Part shown: positions 7,869-16,356 of the stretch, one piece after another
Numbering within the stretch: the first letter of the stretch is position 1
How the letters are laid out: each line of letters opens with the position of its first letter
Origin: a virus
Lineage: Duplodnaviria > Heunggongvirae > Uroviricota > Caudoviricetes
Length of the DNA: 39,373 bases
IMG/VR virus record: IMGVR_UViG_2534681996_000012
Direction: 5' to 3' (one strand)
Made by a program: the position numbers and the translations under genes
The notes under the pieces: model-generated
The model's input: the letters and a program-made list of their open reading frames with translations, nothing else
The model's database searches: none
Told to the model about the DNA's origin: nothing

Positions 7869-8030
7869 ATGAAAAAAGCATTTGCTGCACTGTTCGTTTT
7901 GTTGTCTCTGGTAGCTTCAACTCAGGCCTTTGCCGGTCGTTGTCAGCACGACAGCGATACTGCCGCTGACGGCTCCCGCTGCGGTGGGCGTTCTGCGGAT
8001 TCCCGCCCGGGTGGCGGTGGCATTCGTTAA
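7869..8030 (+). CDS. Small secreted peptide (about 53 aa)
   Basis: Classic signal peptide MKKAFAALFVLLSLVASTQAFA then Cys/Gly/Asp-rich mature peptide; weak RBS; track start 7797 places the signal peptide internally so ATG 7869 is preferred. Confidence 0.4.
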   Translation: MKKAFAALFVLLSLVASTQAFAGRCQHDSDTAADGSRCGGRSADSRPGGGGIR

Positions 8031-8036
8031 AAACAA

Positions 8037-8052
8037 GGCCGCGAAAGCGGCC
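8037..8052. terminator. Bidirectional terminator hairpin between convergent accessory genes
   Basis: GGCCGC-GAAA-GCGGCC; TTGTTTTT follows on the minus strand and a T-rich tract 15 nt away on the plus strand. Confidence 0.6.
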
Positions 8053-8053
8053 T

Positions 8054-8065
8054 GTGACATGTCAC
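8054..8065. repeat. 12-bp perfect palindrome GTGACATGTCAC (copy 1), embedding the stop codon of the 8062-8358 gene
   Basis: Identical palindrome recurs at 28286-28297 in the same relationship to a stop codon and a terminator. Confidence 0.7.
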
Positions 8066-8358
8066 GTTCCTTTTCTGAATGATAGCCGTTCGAAAAATGA
8101 TGACATTCCACCGCAGACAATAGCAAAGATGATCCCACCAAAGAAGAGAAGGCCAGCCTGCCACCACTCCCACCGCCATACATCCACAGCGCCAACCATA
8201 CCAACAATCGCTCCAACAAATGGAATATAGCTCACGATGAAAGCAATGGGGGCTGCAATTATCCAGTGCAATCCCCACCATGATTCAAGCCCAGCCATAA
8301 TTGCTGCCAACTGAAAAAGACCAACGACGATATAAACAATGAATCCTATAGCTTGCAT
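8062..8358 (-). CDS. Small integral membrane protein, function unknown
   Basis: ATG 8358 with AGGTGA 5 nt upstream; three hydrophobic helices; lies between the last internal virion gene and the plus-strand accessory island. Confidence 0.5.
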   Translation of the reverse strand: MQAIGFIVYIVVGLFQLAAIMAGLESWWGLHWIIAAPIAFIVSYIPFVGAIVGMVGAVDVWRWEWWQAGLLFFGGIIFAIVCGGMSSFFERLSFRKGT

Positions 8359-8554
8359 GTAGTCACCTAATTTACCCAGTAAAAATAAGAGGCCTCCCCT
8401 CAATAAGGCTTGCAACAAGAACTACTCCCTGCACAACAAAGATGAACCAGCAAATAGCTTGAGTCTGAGGGTTAAGAAAATATTTGTAGCGGTCAATAAA
8501 TAACAATCCACCAGAAATTATCACACTCAAAATAATTAAAAACACAACACTTCC

Positions 8555-11029
8555 TTATTGCGGAGTGACATCCTGTGGTCGCCACCAGTATGTCTGGTTA
8601 AACTCTTTCTTCGAACGTTGCTCCATTTTACGCAAATAACCTGGTGAAAAATACTCCTGCATCTGGTTAAAGATCATGTGATCGAGAGCCGCCTTCAAGT
8701 ACCAGAGATTCGCACCAGGCATCAAACCTTTCCCCAGCTTCACCAGATCACCACCAGTCTGCTCACTCTTCCCTTCCACAGCATTTAACGGTATGCCCTG
8801 AGCAATCTTCACTACATCATCAACCAGACCAGCTACCGGGCCAAGCATCGACGCCAGCGCGCCGCTCCCGTACCTAGTGTGGTCAGAGAAAAGAAAATCA
8901 CCGTACAACCCAGCCCCGCCACCTTTTAAAAATGCATTTATCCAGAATTTAACCATGTGGTCACCGGTCATTTCCTTTGGATTTCTCCCATTAATAAGAT
9001 CAGTAATCTGCATGGAAAGAGCACCAAGCATGGTTGTGCTTGCTAAAAACGTTGCTATATATGCTGCACGCCCACCAGCAGACGGCATACCCATAGCGCG
9101 TGACCAGTGACGCATAACAACCGAGATAGGGAACGATTTAAACAGGAAAACACTTCTCGTTAATTCACCTTTCCATGTTCCACGCTGAAGACCAGACCCT
9201 ACGAACATCTGCTCACGTGCGCCCGGTGTAATAACAGCCATATCAACTTCTTCAGTTACGGCACCGAGCAGTTTACGCATTGCCTCAAATTTCACGCGTT
9301 CAGGCTCACCAAGATGTTTAACTGCTGAATCAGGGATACGCATAATGCTTTCCGGTGTCAGCATCGTATTATTACCGTTCCCCCAGTCCTCCTGTTGCGC
9401 CAACTTCCATACGCTCCAGTCTGTGTCAGTAATCCCTTTGCTTTTCAGGATACGAAAATCAGAGTCATCGAGGCGACGAAGGTCTGGTGTCCGTGACACT
9501 ACTTCTCCCAGGCTTCCCATCATGGTTACGCCATAGGCGCGCTTGTGCGCATCTGACCATGCTGTAAGCCCACTGGCACGCATTACCGCCGTTGCAGCCC
9601 AACGAGACACAGACGGCCCCATATTATCCATCGCCCAGCGGTTAACGCTGCCAAGTAGAGATTCCATCGCCAGGCCAGCGCGGCGCGCCCGCGCAAGCTC
9701 AGTACGGTTCGTTGGGTCCATAGCTTCAAGCTGGTTGCGAAATAACTGGTTCATTGGAAGGTTGGTAACCTTCGCAGACAGATACATGGTTCCAAGATCA
9801 GAGAACGATGACAGCAACGCGGATCCGAGTCTGCTGGCAACCAGCCAGTTGCGGATATTGTCAGACCATCGCGCGATGTGGGGATTCGCTACAGGCTGTG
9901 TTTTTCCGGAAATAAAGTTGTACAAGTTCTCTGTTTTGTTCGCCAGACGCTCGACGCTACCGGTTTTACTCGGGTTAGCTGTTGCCGTTTCTGCCTTAAC
10001 CTGATCAAGAAGGGAGCGGAAAACATGATCGGGGTTTGGACCATATGTTTCCACCAGAGCAATATCTTTACTGATACCTTCCAGGTGACCGACCATGATT
10101 TCCCATAGAGAGCGATCGCCATAAAGTTGCTGATATTGCAGATAGGAATCTGCATCTTTGAAATGTATCTGTCGTGATGCATTACCACGGTTAGCACGTG
10201 CGCCGGAAATTCGCATTCCGGTATCAGTAAGCTTATTCAGCCCACCAGTAGCGATCGTGTTATAAGCCTCTCCAAGAAATGCAGACAACTCGGCATCGTT
10301 CATCAGTTGTCCATCGGCTCGGGTATAATATTTGCGATCCAGCTTACCTATAACATCGCTAACCCATTTATCTTTTGATACCGCCCCAACCTTTTCCATA
10401 GAATGATGTTGAGGGATCCCCCAGTTTTCGAGATAGCCAATGTCCCCACCAGCATCATTAAACCGGCGGCGGAGTAGATCTGTCACTTCTCTCCACGCCT
10501 TAGCACCTTTTCTTGCTTTAGCATTGCCAGTATTTTGCCCTCGCATTTCATATACCAGGTCACGCACGCCCGCTTCATCTTCAAACAGGCCAAAAAAGCG
10601 AGGATCAACTGCTTCGAATGCCTCCTGCAATTGACTCAATGCATAATCACGGGTGGCTTTTGTTCTGGATTCAACAGAGAGGAAATTAGATTTACCGTCT
10701 GCATTAAAAGCAATAGTACGGTTAAGAGCGCCAAGTTTCCCATCAGCCCCTTGATAGCTATTGATAAATTTATCCAATCTCTGACGTGCGGCTATAGTGA
10801 GGGCCACACGACGTTTCTTTAATGCCGCTTCTCGCTGTAATTCTTCAGATGCCAATTGTGCTGCACGATATAGCCGCTCTGATTCGGAAAGTTGTCTCCA
10901 CGACATCGGGTCATCACGAGCAATGGAGCGCATATTTCGATAAATGCGGTCTTCAATGTTCTGTATTTCTCGCGCCGTTAACGTGCGCTGCGCCGCCTGC
11001 TGGACCGCTTGTATACATTCCTGTCTCAT
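8555..11029 (-). CDS. Internal virion (ejection) protein, C-terminal part of a gp16-like module
   Basis: 824 aa; position after the other internal virion proteins and before the tail spike. Confidence 0.55.
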   Translation of the reverse strand: MRQECIQAVQQAAQRTLTAREIQNIEDRIYRNMRSIARDDPMSWRQLSESERLYRAAQLASEELQREAALKKRRVALTIAARQRLDKFINSYQGADGKLGALNRTIAFNADGKSNFLSVESRTKATRDYALSQLQEAFEAVDPRFFGLFEDEAGVRDLVYEMRGQNTGNAKARKGAKAWREVTDLLRRRFNDAGGDIGYLENWGIPQHHSMEKVGAVSKDKWVSDVIGKLDRKYYTRADGQLMNDAELSAFLGEAYNTIATGGLNKLTDTGMRISGARANRGNASRQIHFKDADSYLQYQQLYGDRSLWEIMVGHLEGISKDIALVETYGPNPDHVFRSLLDQVKAETATANPSKTGSVERLANKTENLYNFISGKTQPVANPHIARWSDNIRNWLVASRLGSALLSSFSDLGTMYLSAKVTNLPMNQLFRNQLEAMDPTNRTELARARRAGLAMESLLGSVNRWAMDNMGPSVSRWAATAVMRASGLTAWSDAHKRAYGVTMMGSLGEVVSRTPDLRRLDDSDFRILKSKGITDTDWSVWKLAQQEDWGNGNNTMLTPESIMRIPDSAVKHLGEPERVKFEAMRKLLGAVTEEVDMAVITPGAREQMFVGSGLQRGTWKGELTRSVFLFKSFPISVVMRHWSRAMGMPSAGGRAAYIATFLASTTMLGALSMQITDLINGRNPKEMTGDHMVKFWINAFLKGGGAGLYGDFLFSDHTRYGSGALASMLGPVAGLVDDVVKIAQGIPLNAVEGKSEQTGGDLVKLGKGLMPGANLWYLKAALDHMIFNQMQEYFSPGYLRKMEQRSKKEFNQTYWWRPQDVTPQ

Positions 11030-11034
11030 TTAAT

Positions 11035-12837
11035 TTAACCTCTCAAGAAACACGCCACAGCGACATCAAACAGGCTGGAATCCTGTATTGCCTGCTCACT
11101 TTCCCTGTTCGCTTCATCCAGTACTTCACGCGCGCTGCGCGATTGTGGATTACCATCATCATCCAGCACGGTGATTATCATGTCAGGTGATTCAAGCAGC
11201 GAGTCTTCAGCTATGCGCAGATCAATATCTCCTGCCTGATCCGCCATCATTTTTTGTTCTGCCTGTTGCAATATTTTATCAGGCTCAAAAGGAGCTACTT
11301 CGTCTGGCGTCCTGACCTCTGCTGTTTTATAGAATGAAACAGCCTGAGCATTAAGTTCACTTTCTGCCTGCTGTCTCCGAGCCAGTTCTGCTCGAGCTTC
11401 AAAAAACTGACCGCCAGGCTCATGCGGTGCCAACGCGTTACGAGAAAATTCCAGGCGTTCTTGTGCCTCCCGGATTCGTTGGTCAATATCGCGAAGTCTG
11501 GCCTGTTTATCTGATCGAGCACGAGATAAAGCCTTACCGCTACCGGTTGGCTCTTCTGCAAGAATTTGTGCGCGCTGTTCAGTGAGATTTTCAATAATTC
11601 GTTGGCTATTAGCGATTTCAGACTGGTAAACCTGTCTATCTCCACGCGGCAAAAGCTGCGCGGCCTGTTCTTCAAGCAACCGATTTTCTATAGCGCGCGC
11701 CGTTACTCCATCATCTACAGATGACAGAGCCTCATTAACTGCCTGAGACAGCAGACTCTTGCGCCCAGGAATTTCACTGAAAGATGCAGACTCAACAATG
11801 CTGGCAACGTCTACAGGTCTCCCCTGGCTAACATCAGACATGGCTTTTCGCAGAGCCTGAATGTGCGAATTACGCGAAAGCACGTTGATCGGAACGCCGG
11901 GAGCAATATCAATTTCAGCATGATGAGCGGCATTCGCCGCCAGTGCAGCATCAATATCAACTGGTGAAAAATTTGGTGCGCTTGTAGACTCGCCGCGAGA
12001 GTTAATAAATCTGCCGACACCACCAAACGCCACCCCAAGAACAGCATCAATAGCAATTGCCTGTCGATCCAACACATCATACTGGTTAGCCATTTCGCTA
12101 TAGCCACCATCACGAAGCGTTTTTGCAGTAAGCCCACGCTGTGCCATACCGAACGCAATATTTGTACCTGCGGCATAGGCAATATCTGGCGTTGCACGTA
12201 CTGCTGTTGCTGCGGCGCGTCGCACTGAACTCTCACCCGTCCGCGCAAGCTGAGCCGCCACACCTTCCGCCAGCGCACCACCAGCACGTAACCCGAGGCT
12301 CATAGGGATCAGTGTTCCGGCACCAGCAGTAATGCCCTGCACTAATCCCGCTTCCTGCGCCGTCCTGAAATCAACACCCTGTGCTGTCAGCCGTTCAAAC
12401 TCAGAAAAACCCTGTAGCGAAGTTACCGCCGCCGCACCTCCGACAGGACCACCGAGCGTTGTACCGACAACAGCCTGCCCGCCCATATCGAACAACCCAT
12501 AAAGAACCTGCCCGGCGGTTCCGGTTGTCGCGGCATCAGGCGTCAGCCGCTTAACCTGCTGCTCTGCTAGTTTTCTCTGCTCGGCAATGTATGAAACTGA
12601 AGTATCATTGAGCGAGGTGTTTTCGTTAATAAACTGAGCAATCGGGGATACGATTTTATCCATCCCTGCCCATAGCAACTGATCTGGCTTTGCCACCAGC
12701 CCGGAGTACAAACCAGACAATGCCGCTCCTACAGCATTGTCGAAAAAACCAACATCGCTGTTAAAGCCCGCTGGATTTGATGCTGCTTCGTCAAGTTGCT
12801 GATTCTGGTTTACTGGATTAAGGCCAAAGTAACTCAT
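11035..12837 (-). CDS. Internal virion (ejection) protein
   Basis: 600 aa, Gly/Ala-rich; position in internal-core gene block; start overlaps upstream stop. Confidence 0.55.
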   Translation of the reverse strand: MSYFGLNPVNQNQQLDEAASNPAGFNSDVGFFDNAVGAALSGLYSGLVAKPDQLLWAGMDKIVSPIAQFINENTSLNDTSVSYIAEQRKLAEQQVKRLTPDAATTGTAGQVLYGLFDMGGQAVVGTTLGGPVGGAAAVTSLQGFSEFERLTAQGVDFRTAQEAGLVQGITAGAGTLIPMSLGLRAGGALAEGVAAQLARTGESSVRRAAATAVRATPDIAYAAGTNIAFGMAQRGLTAKTLRDGGYSEMANQYDVLDRQAIAIDAVLGVAFGGVGRFINSRGESTSAPNFSPVDIDAALAANAAHHAEIDIAPGVPINVLSRNSHIQALRKAMSDVSQGRPVDVASIVESASFSEIPGRKSLLSQAVNEALSSVDDGVTARAIENRLLEEQAAQLLPRGDRQVYQSEIANSQRIIENLTEQRAQILAEEPTGSGKALSRARSDKQARLRDIDQRIREAQERLEFSRNALAPHEPGGQFFEARAELARRQQAESELNAQAVSFYKTAEVRTPDEVAPFEPDKILQQAEQKMMADQAGDIDLRIAEDSLLESPDMIITVLDDDGNPQSRSAREVLDEANRESEQAIQDSSLFDVAVACFLRG

Positions 12838-15347
12838 TGCGGAATATCTCCGGAGAATCTCTGACGCTTCTGTGTCAGATCAAGAACAACAGGAGAACCA
12901 TCATCTTTCAGCAGATAACCAGTACCAAGTTTCACCAGGTACTGACTATCGCCGTAACTTTGCAAACCATACTGACCAGGCGGTGTTTTTATCCCGGTGC
13001 CGACCACTTGTTCATTCCAAGCCTGATTAACCTGCTTATCGAATTGCTCTGCAGACATTCCCCACGGCAAAAGGACATTCCCCATTCCGTTATAGTCATG
13101 CACGCCACCTGTAGCTACGTTAACAGCCTGCTTCCAGATATCAGTGTCAATTTCGCCTGATATCACGCCTTTTTTCGCCATCACACCAGCGTAATAGTCC
13201 TTTGCGATCTCGTATGCCATTGATGCCCCCTGAGCATCACCAGCAAATGCATCCTTCACCATGTCAGAAAACTCAAGGCGAAGATCAGCATCTTTAGGCA
13301 TCGGAATACCTTTCGCATCATCAGTACCTTTACGAGCCGCCGCGCCAGTAAGAATTGTCTGCGCAGCGGTTTCAGGAGACACGGAAACATCCGGATTAAA
13401 CCAGTTTTTTTCTGCCAAAATACCACCAGGCTTGTCCATCAGTATCCCGGCAACGGCAGCAGATGGAGCGTTGGCACTGATCTGCTGTAGTGCTGACATA
13501 TACACCTGCCCACCACCAGTGCTCTGCCTGATGGTATCGAGATATGCTGCCTGTTGGGAAACTGGAGCATCACGAAAGAAAACACCGATCTGATTGGCCT
13601 CGTCTTTGGAAAAGAACGTCAGTGGAGTGCCATATGACTTAGCAAGGTCACTGACCTGAGCAGCACGCAAGGCAACGCTCTGTCCAAAGTTATCCTTATT
13701 GCTCATGTCGATAGGCTTTGCCTGTCCGGCGGCAAGAGAGAACTGTACAGGATCAGCCTGTCGCTGCTTTATCACCTGACTTGCAGCCGACACAACGTTG
13801 TCATAAAGAGCGGCTCGTGCCGCATAACCCTCCCCTGTCTCACCAGTATCCGGGCGTAATTGCTCAACATATGCTGTAATGCTGCTTGTCGGCATGTTGC
13901 GGAAAGAGCCTATATACTGTCCGGCGATTTGCGTATTTCTGAACTCGGTATATCGCAGGTTTCCTTCTCTGACTCCATAAGCTGCAATAAAATCAGCCTC
14001 ACCAGGTGGGTTAGGAAATTCAACGCCCCGCATATACGCAGCTGTCGCATCGCGAACCTTGCTGTCAATCATCGTTTTATATTCAGCCTGCTGCTGCCGA
14101 CGCAGTTGATCCGCCTGTCGCATAAAACTTGCCTGCGCCTCAGGAGATGCCGCATCGAATGCTGCATTACCGGTATAGCGTTTGGTGTTGGTTGGAATTG
14201 TTGATAAACCAAGTGCTGCACTGACACCAGCAGTTAACTGCTGATCACTGTATGGCTGGCTACCGTTCTCATGATGGATAATGGCTGCACAAAGCGCCTT
14301 CAGGGTATCAGGATTTGATGCATCGAGAGGCTCATCAGCAGAAACGCCAAGTTGTTCGCACACTGCTTTGATATACGACATAGTGTCATTTTTATCAGTA
14401 GGCGGTGCCCAGCGATTAATTATCTCGCTGACGGTATCAATACCCTGCCGCTGATACGACATCAGGTTCCGCCCTAATGCACGAATCCCGTGTTCAGGTG
14501 TTTCGAATTTAGCAAATCTACCATCATCACCGGTCTGGCCTACCCACGGATTAGTTTTGCTGTATTCGAGATTTCCGGGGTTATTGTTGCGTATGCCACG
14601 GACACGCTCGGAAGAGCCACTATCTGTTACAGCACGGCGAGCTCCAGCAGCAGTATCACTTAACTCGCCATTACTTTGGATGAATGCGGTCGCATTGTTT
14701 GCCGACCACTGGGACAATGCTGCATCAGCAACCTTCTCTTTAAACTCGATTTTCTTGGTCTGTATTTGCTCGTCGCTCCAGCCATGTGCAGCACCGTACT
14801 CCTCAATTTGCTGGAAAGTTTGCTTATTAGCCAATACGTATGCGGCATTGTCGCCATACAATGCTGCGGCATTTTTACCATTGTTCAGCAGCGTCGCCTG
14901 AAACTGACCTTCTTCGTAGGCATTAATTTGCCCTATCTCGTGCCGCCCGGCCTGCGTAGTGAACTGAATGCGCTGCTGCTGCGCCTGCTGCATGAAAGCA
15001 TTACGAGCCTGTTCATCCGGCAGCGACATAGCCAGTTGTTCGACCTGAGCATCAAACTGCTGCGTATACTCATGGCCTTTTCCAATAGCATTTTTCCCTT
15101 TCAGGTTAAGCAAACCTGTTTCAGGGTTATTCAGCAGATCACTGCTTATCTGACTGAGGTTAAGAGATGCCTCCTGAGCCAGAGCGATATTGGCACGCTG
15201 TTTTGCCTGCCCCAAAACATCAATTGCCTCTGTCCCTGCCCGAACAAAAGCATCACCAATACCTGGCTGAGAAAACGTCTGCAAGCCTGCTGACTGAACT
15301 CCACGGCTCTCAACCTGGCGTCCGGATACTGTTGGTACGACTGGCAT
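12834..15347 (-). CDS. Internal virion (ejection) protein, possibly with a muralytic segment
   Basis: ATG 15347 with GGAGG upstream, overlapping upstream stop (TAATG); contains GIRNNNPGNLEYSK...FAKFETPEHGIRALGRNL reminiscent of virion peptidoglycan-hydrolase domains. Confidence 0.55.
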   Translation of the reverse strand: MPVVPTVSGRQVESRGVQSAGLQTFSQPGIGDAFVRAGTEAIDVLGQAKQRANIALAQEASLNLSQISSDLLNNPETGLLNLKGKNAIGKGHEYTQQFDAQVEQLAMSLPDEQARNAFMQQAQQQRIQFTTQAGRHEIGQINAYEEGQFQATLLNNGKNAAALYGDNAAYVLANKQTFQQIEEYGAAHGWSDEQIQTKKIEFKEKVADAALSQWSANNATAFIQSNGELSDTAAGARRAVTDSGSSERVRGIRNNNPGNLEYSKTNPWVGQTGDDGRFAKFETPEHGIRALGRNLMSYQRQGIDTVSEIINRWAPPTDKNDTMSYIKAVCEQLGVSADEPLDASNPDTLKALCAAIIHHENGSQPYSDQQLTAGVSAALGLSTIPTNTKRYTGNAAFDAASPEAQASFMRQADQLRRQQQAEYKTMIDSKVRDATAAYMRGVEFPNPPGEADFIAAYGVREGNLRYTEFRNTQIAGQYIGSFRNMPTSSITAYVEQLRPDTGETGEGYAARAALYDNVVSAASQVIKQRQADPVQFSLAAGQAKPIDMSNKDNFGQSVALRAAQVSDLAKSYGTPLTFFSKDEANQIGVFFRDAPVSQQAAYLDTIRQSTGGGQVYMSALQQISANAPSAAVAGILMDKPGGILAEKNWFNPDVSVSPETAAQTILTGAAARKGTDDAKGIPMPKDADLRLEFSDMVKDAFAGDAQGASMAYEIAKDYYAGVMAKKGVISGEIDTDIWKQAVNVATGGVHDYNGMGNVLLPWGMSAEQFDKQVNQAWNEQVVGTGIKTPPGQYGLQSYGDSQYLVKLGTGYLLKDDGSPVVLDLTQKRQRFSGDIPQ

Positions 15348-15892
15348 TATAATCCTCCGGGTAATCTGGTTCCTGCTGCTGCCCCGATTGGCGCAGGGGT
15401 GCTTTGAGTAAACGGACTCCACGTCCCACCAAACATCTGGTACGCACCGTATGCCTTCAGAGGCGCAGTGAGCAATGTTGTTGCTGCTCCCACATTCCCC
15501 TGTTTACGGGCTGAACTGGCTTCTGCTTTATAGTTGGCAGCCTGAACCTGATAACCGTAAGCCTCGCGTTGCGCGTTATTCACCGTCGTCAGCGAATCAA
15601 GAGCGCCAAACTGAGCAGTGTCACCAAATATATCCAGCGCGTTACCGGTAGATAAATCAGCGCCGGTAGCCCCCATTGTCGCCGCCTGTGTACCAAGCCG
15701 CTGTCGGGTCTCTCTGCGCCGTTGCTCAGCTTCAGCGTTACCCCTGTTTATTGCATCATTTGCCTGAGCTGTGGCTATATCTGCGTTCGCTTCTGCAACC
15801 TTCGAGGCATACTTTCCCTGTTGGTACTGGGTGTATGCCTGAATGCCACTCATGGCGAGCATTGCGCCACCAGCAATAACCGGATCGCACAT
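15347..15892 (-). CDS. Internal virion protein (gp14-like position)
   Basis: 181 aa, Ala/Gly/Gln-rich; position after tail tubular B. Confidence 0.5.
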   Translation of the reverse strand: MCDPVIAGGAMLAMSGIQAYTQYQQGKYASKVAEANADIATAQANDAINRGNAEAEQRRRETRQRLGTQAATMGATGADLSTGNALDIFGDTAQFGALDSLTTVNNAQREAYGYQVQAANYKAEASSARKQGNVGAATTLLTAPLKAYGAYQMFGGTWSPFTQSTPAPIGAAAGTRLPGGL

Positions 15893-16356
15893 TATTTTCT
15901 CTCCATGTGAAATCTGTGGAAATTAAGACCAAGAGCACCATAAGGCGCGGCTTCTTCAAGCCTGAATCCAAGCCAGTGCAGCCATGCTTTGGCAACATGG
16001 TTTCGCTCGTCGACATAGTTTTCCAGGCGCGGATAAACTGCCAGCATCTGCTGCAATACAGGGCGGCAGTGGCGAAGAAATGTCTTCTGATATTTTTCGA
16101 TACGGCTGGTTCCGACCAGCCAGGGCGTACCATTGCCACCGATCATTGACGCCGGAGATACGCCAAACATGGTTACCAGTTCTCCGTTCGCAAATCCTGA
16201 CCAGGCCATAGTCGCAGTACGCAGACCAACACGCAGCGCATCTTCGGTAGTCATCAGCGATACCGCATACAGTTCGTCAATATCAGCCTGACGAACATCC
16301 GGCAAAATCATCTGAAGATGCTCTTCGGTAGCGGGAATAATTTGAACGTCGATCAT
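15892..16356 (-). CDS. Virion-associated protein (gp13-like position)
   Basis: 154 aa directly downstream of tail tubular B with overlapping start/stop. Confidence 0.45.
   Translation of the reverse strand: MIDVQIIPATEEHLQMILPDVRQADIDELYAVSLMTTEDALRVGLRTATMAWSGFANGELVTMFGVSPASMIGGNGTPWLVGTSRIEKYQKTFLRHCRPVLQQMLAVYPRLENYVDERNHVAKAWLHWLGFRLEEAAPYGALGLNFHRFHMERK

Noticed and set aside
14676-15293. Antisense ORFs inside large virion and packaging genes (also 18384-19073, 22759-23496, 26843-27349, 1747-2403 and others)
   Set aside because: Shadow ORFs on the strand opposite long, well-supported genes; no RBS and low-complexity translations
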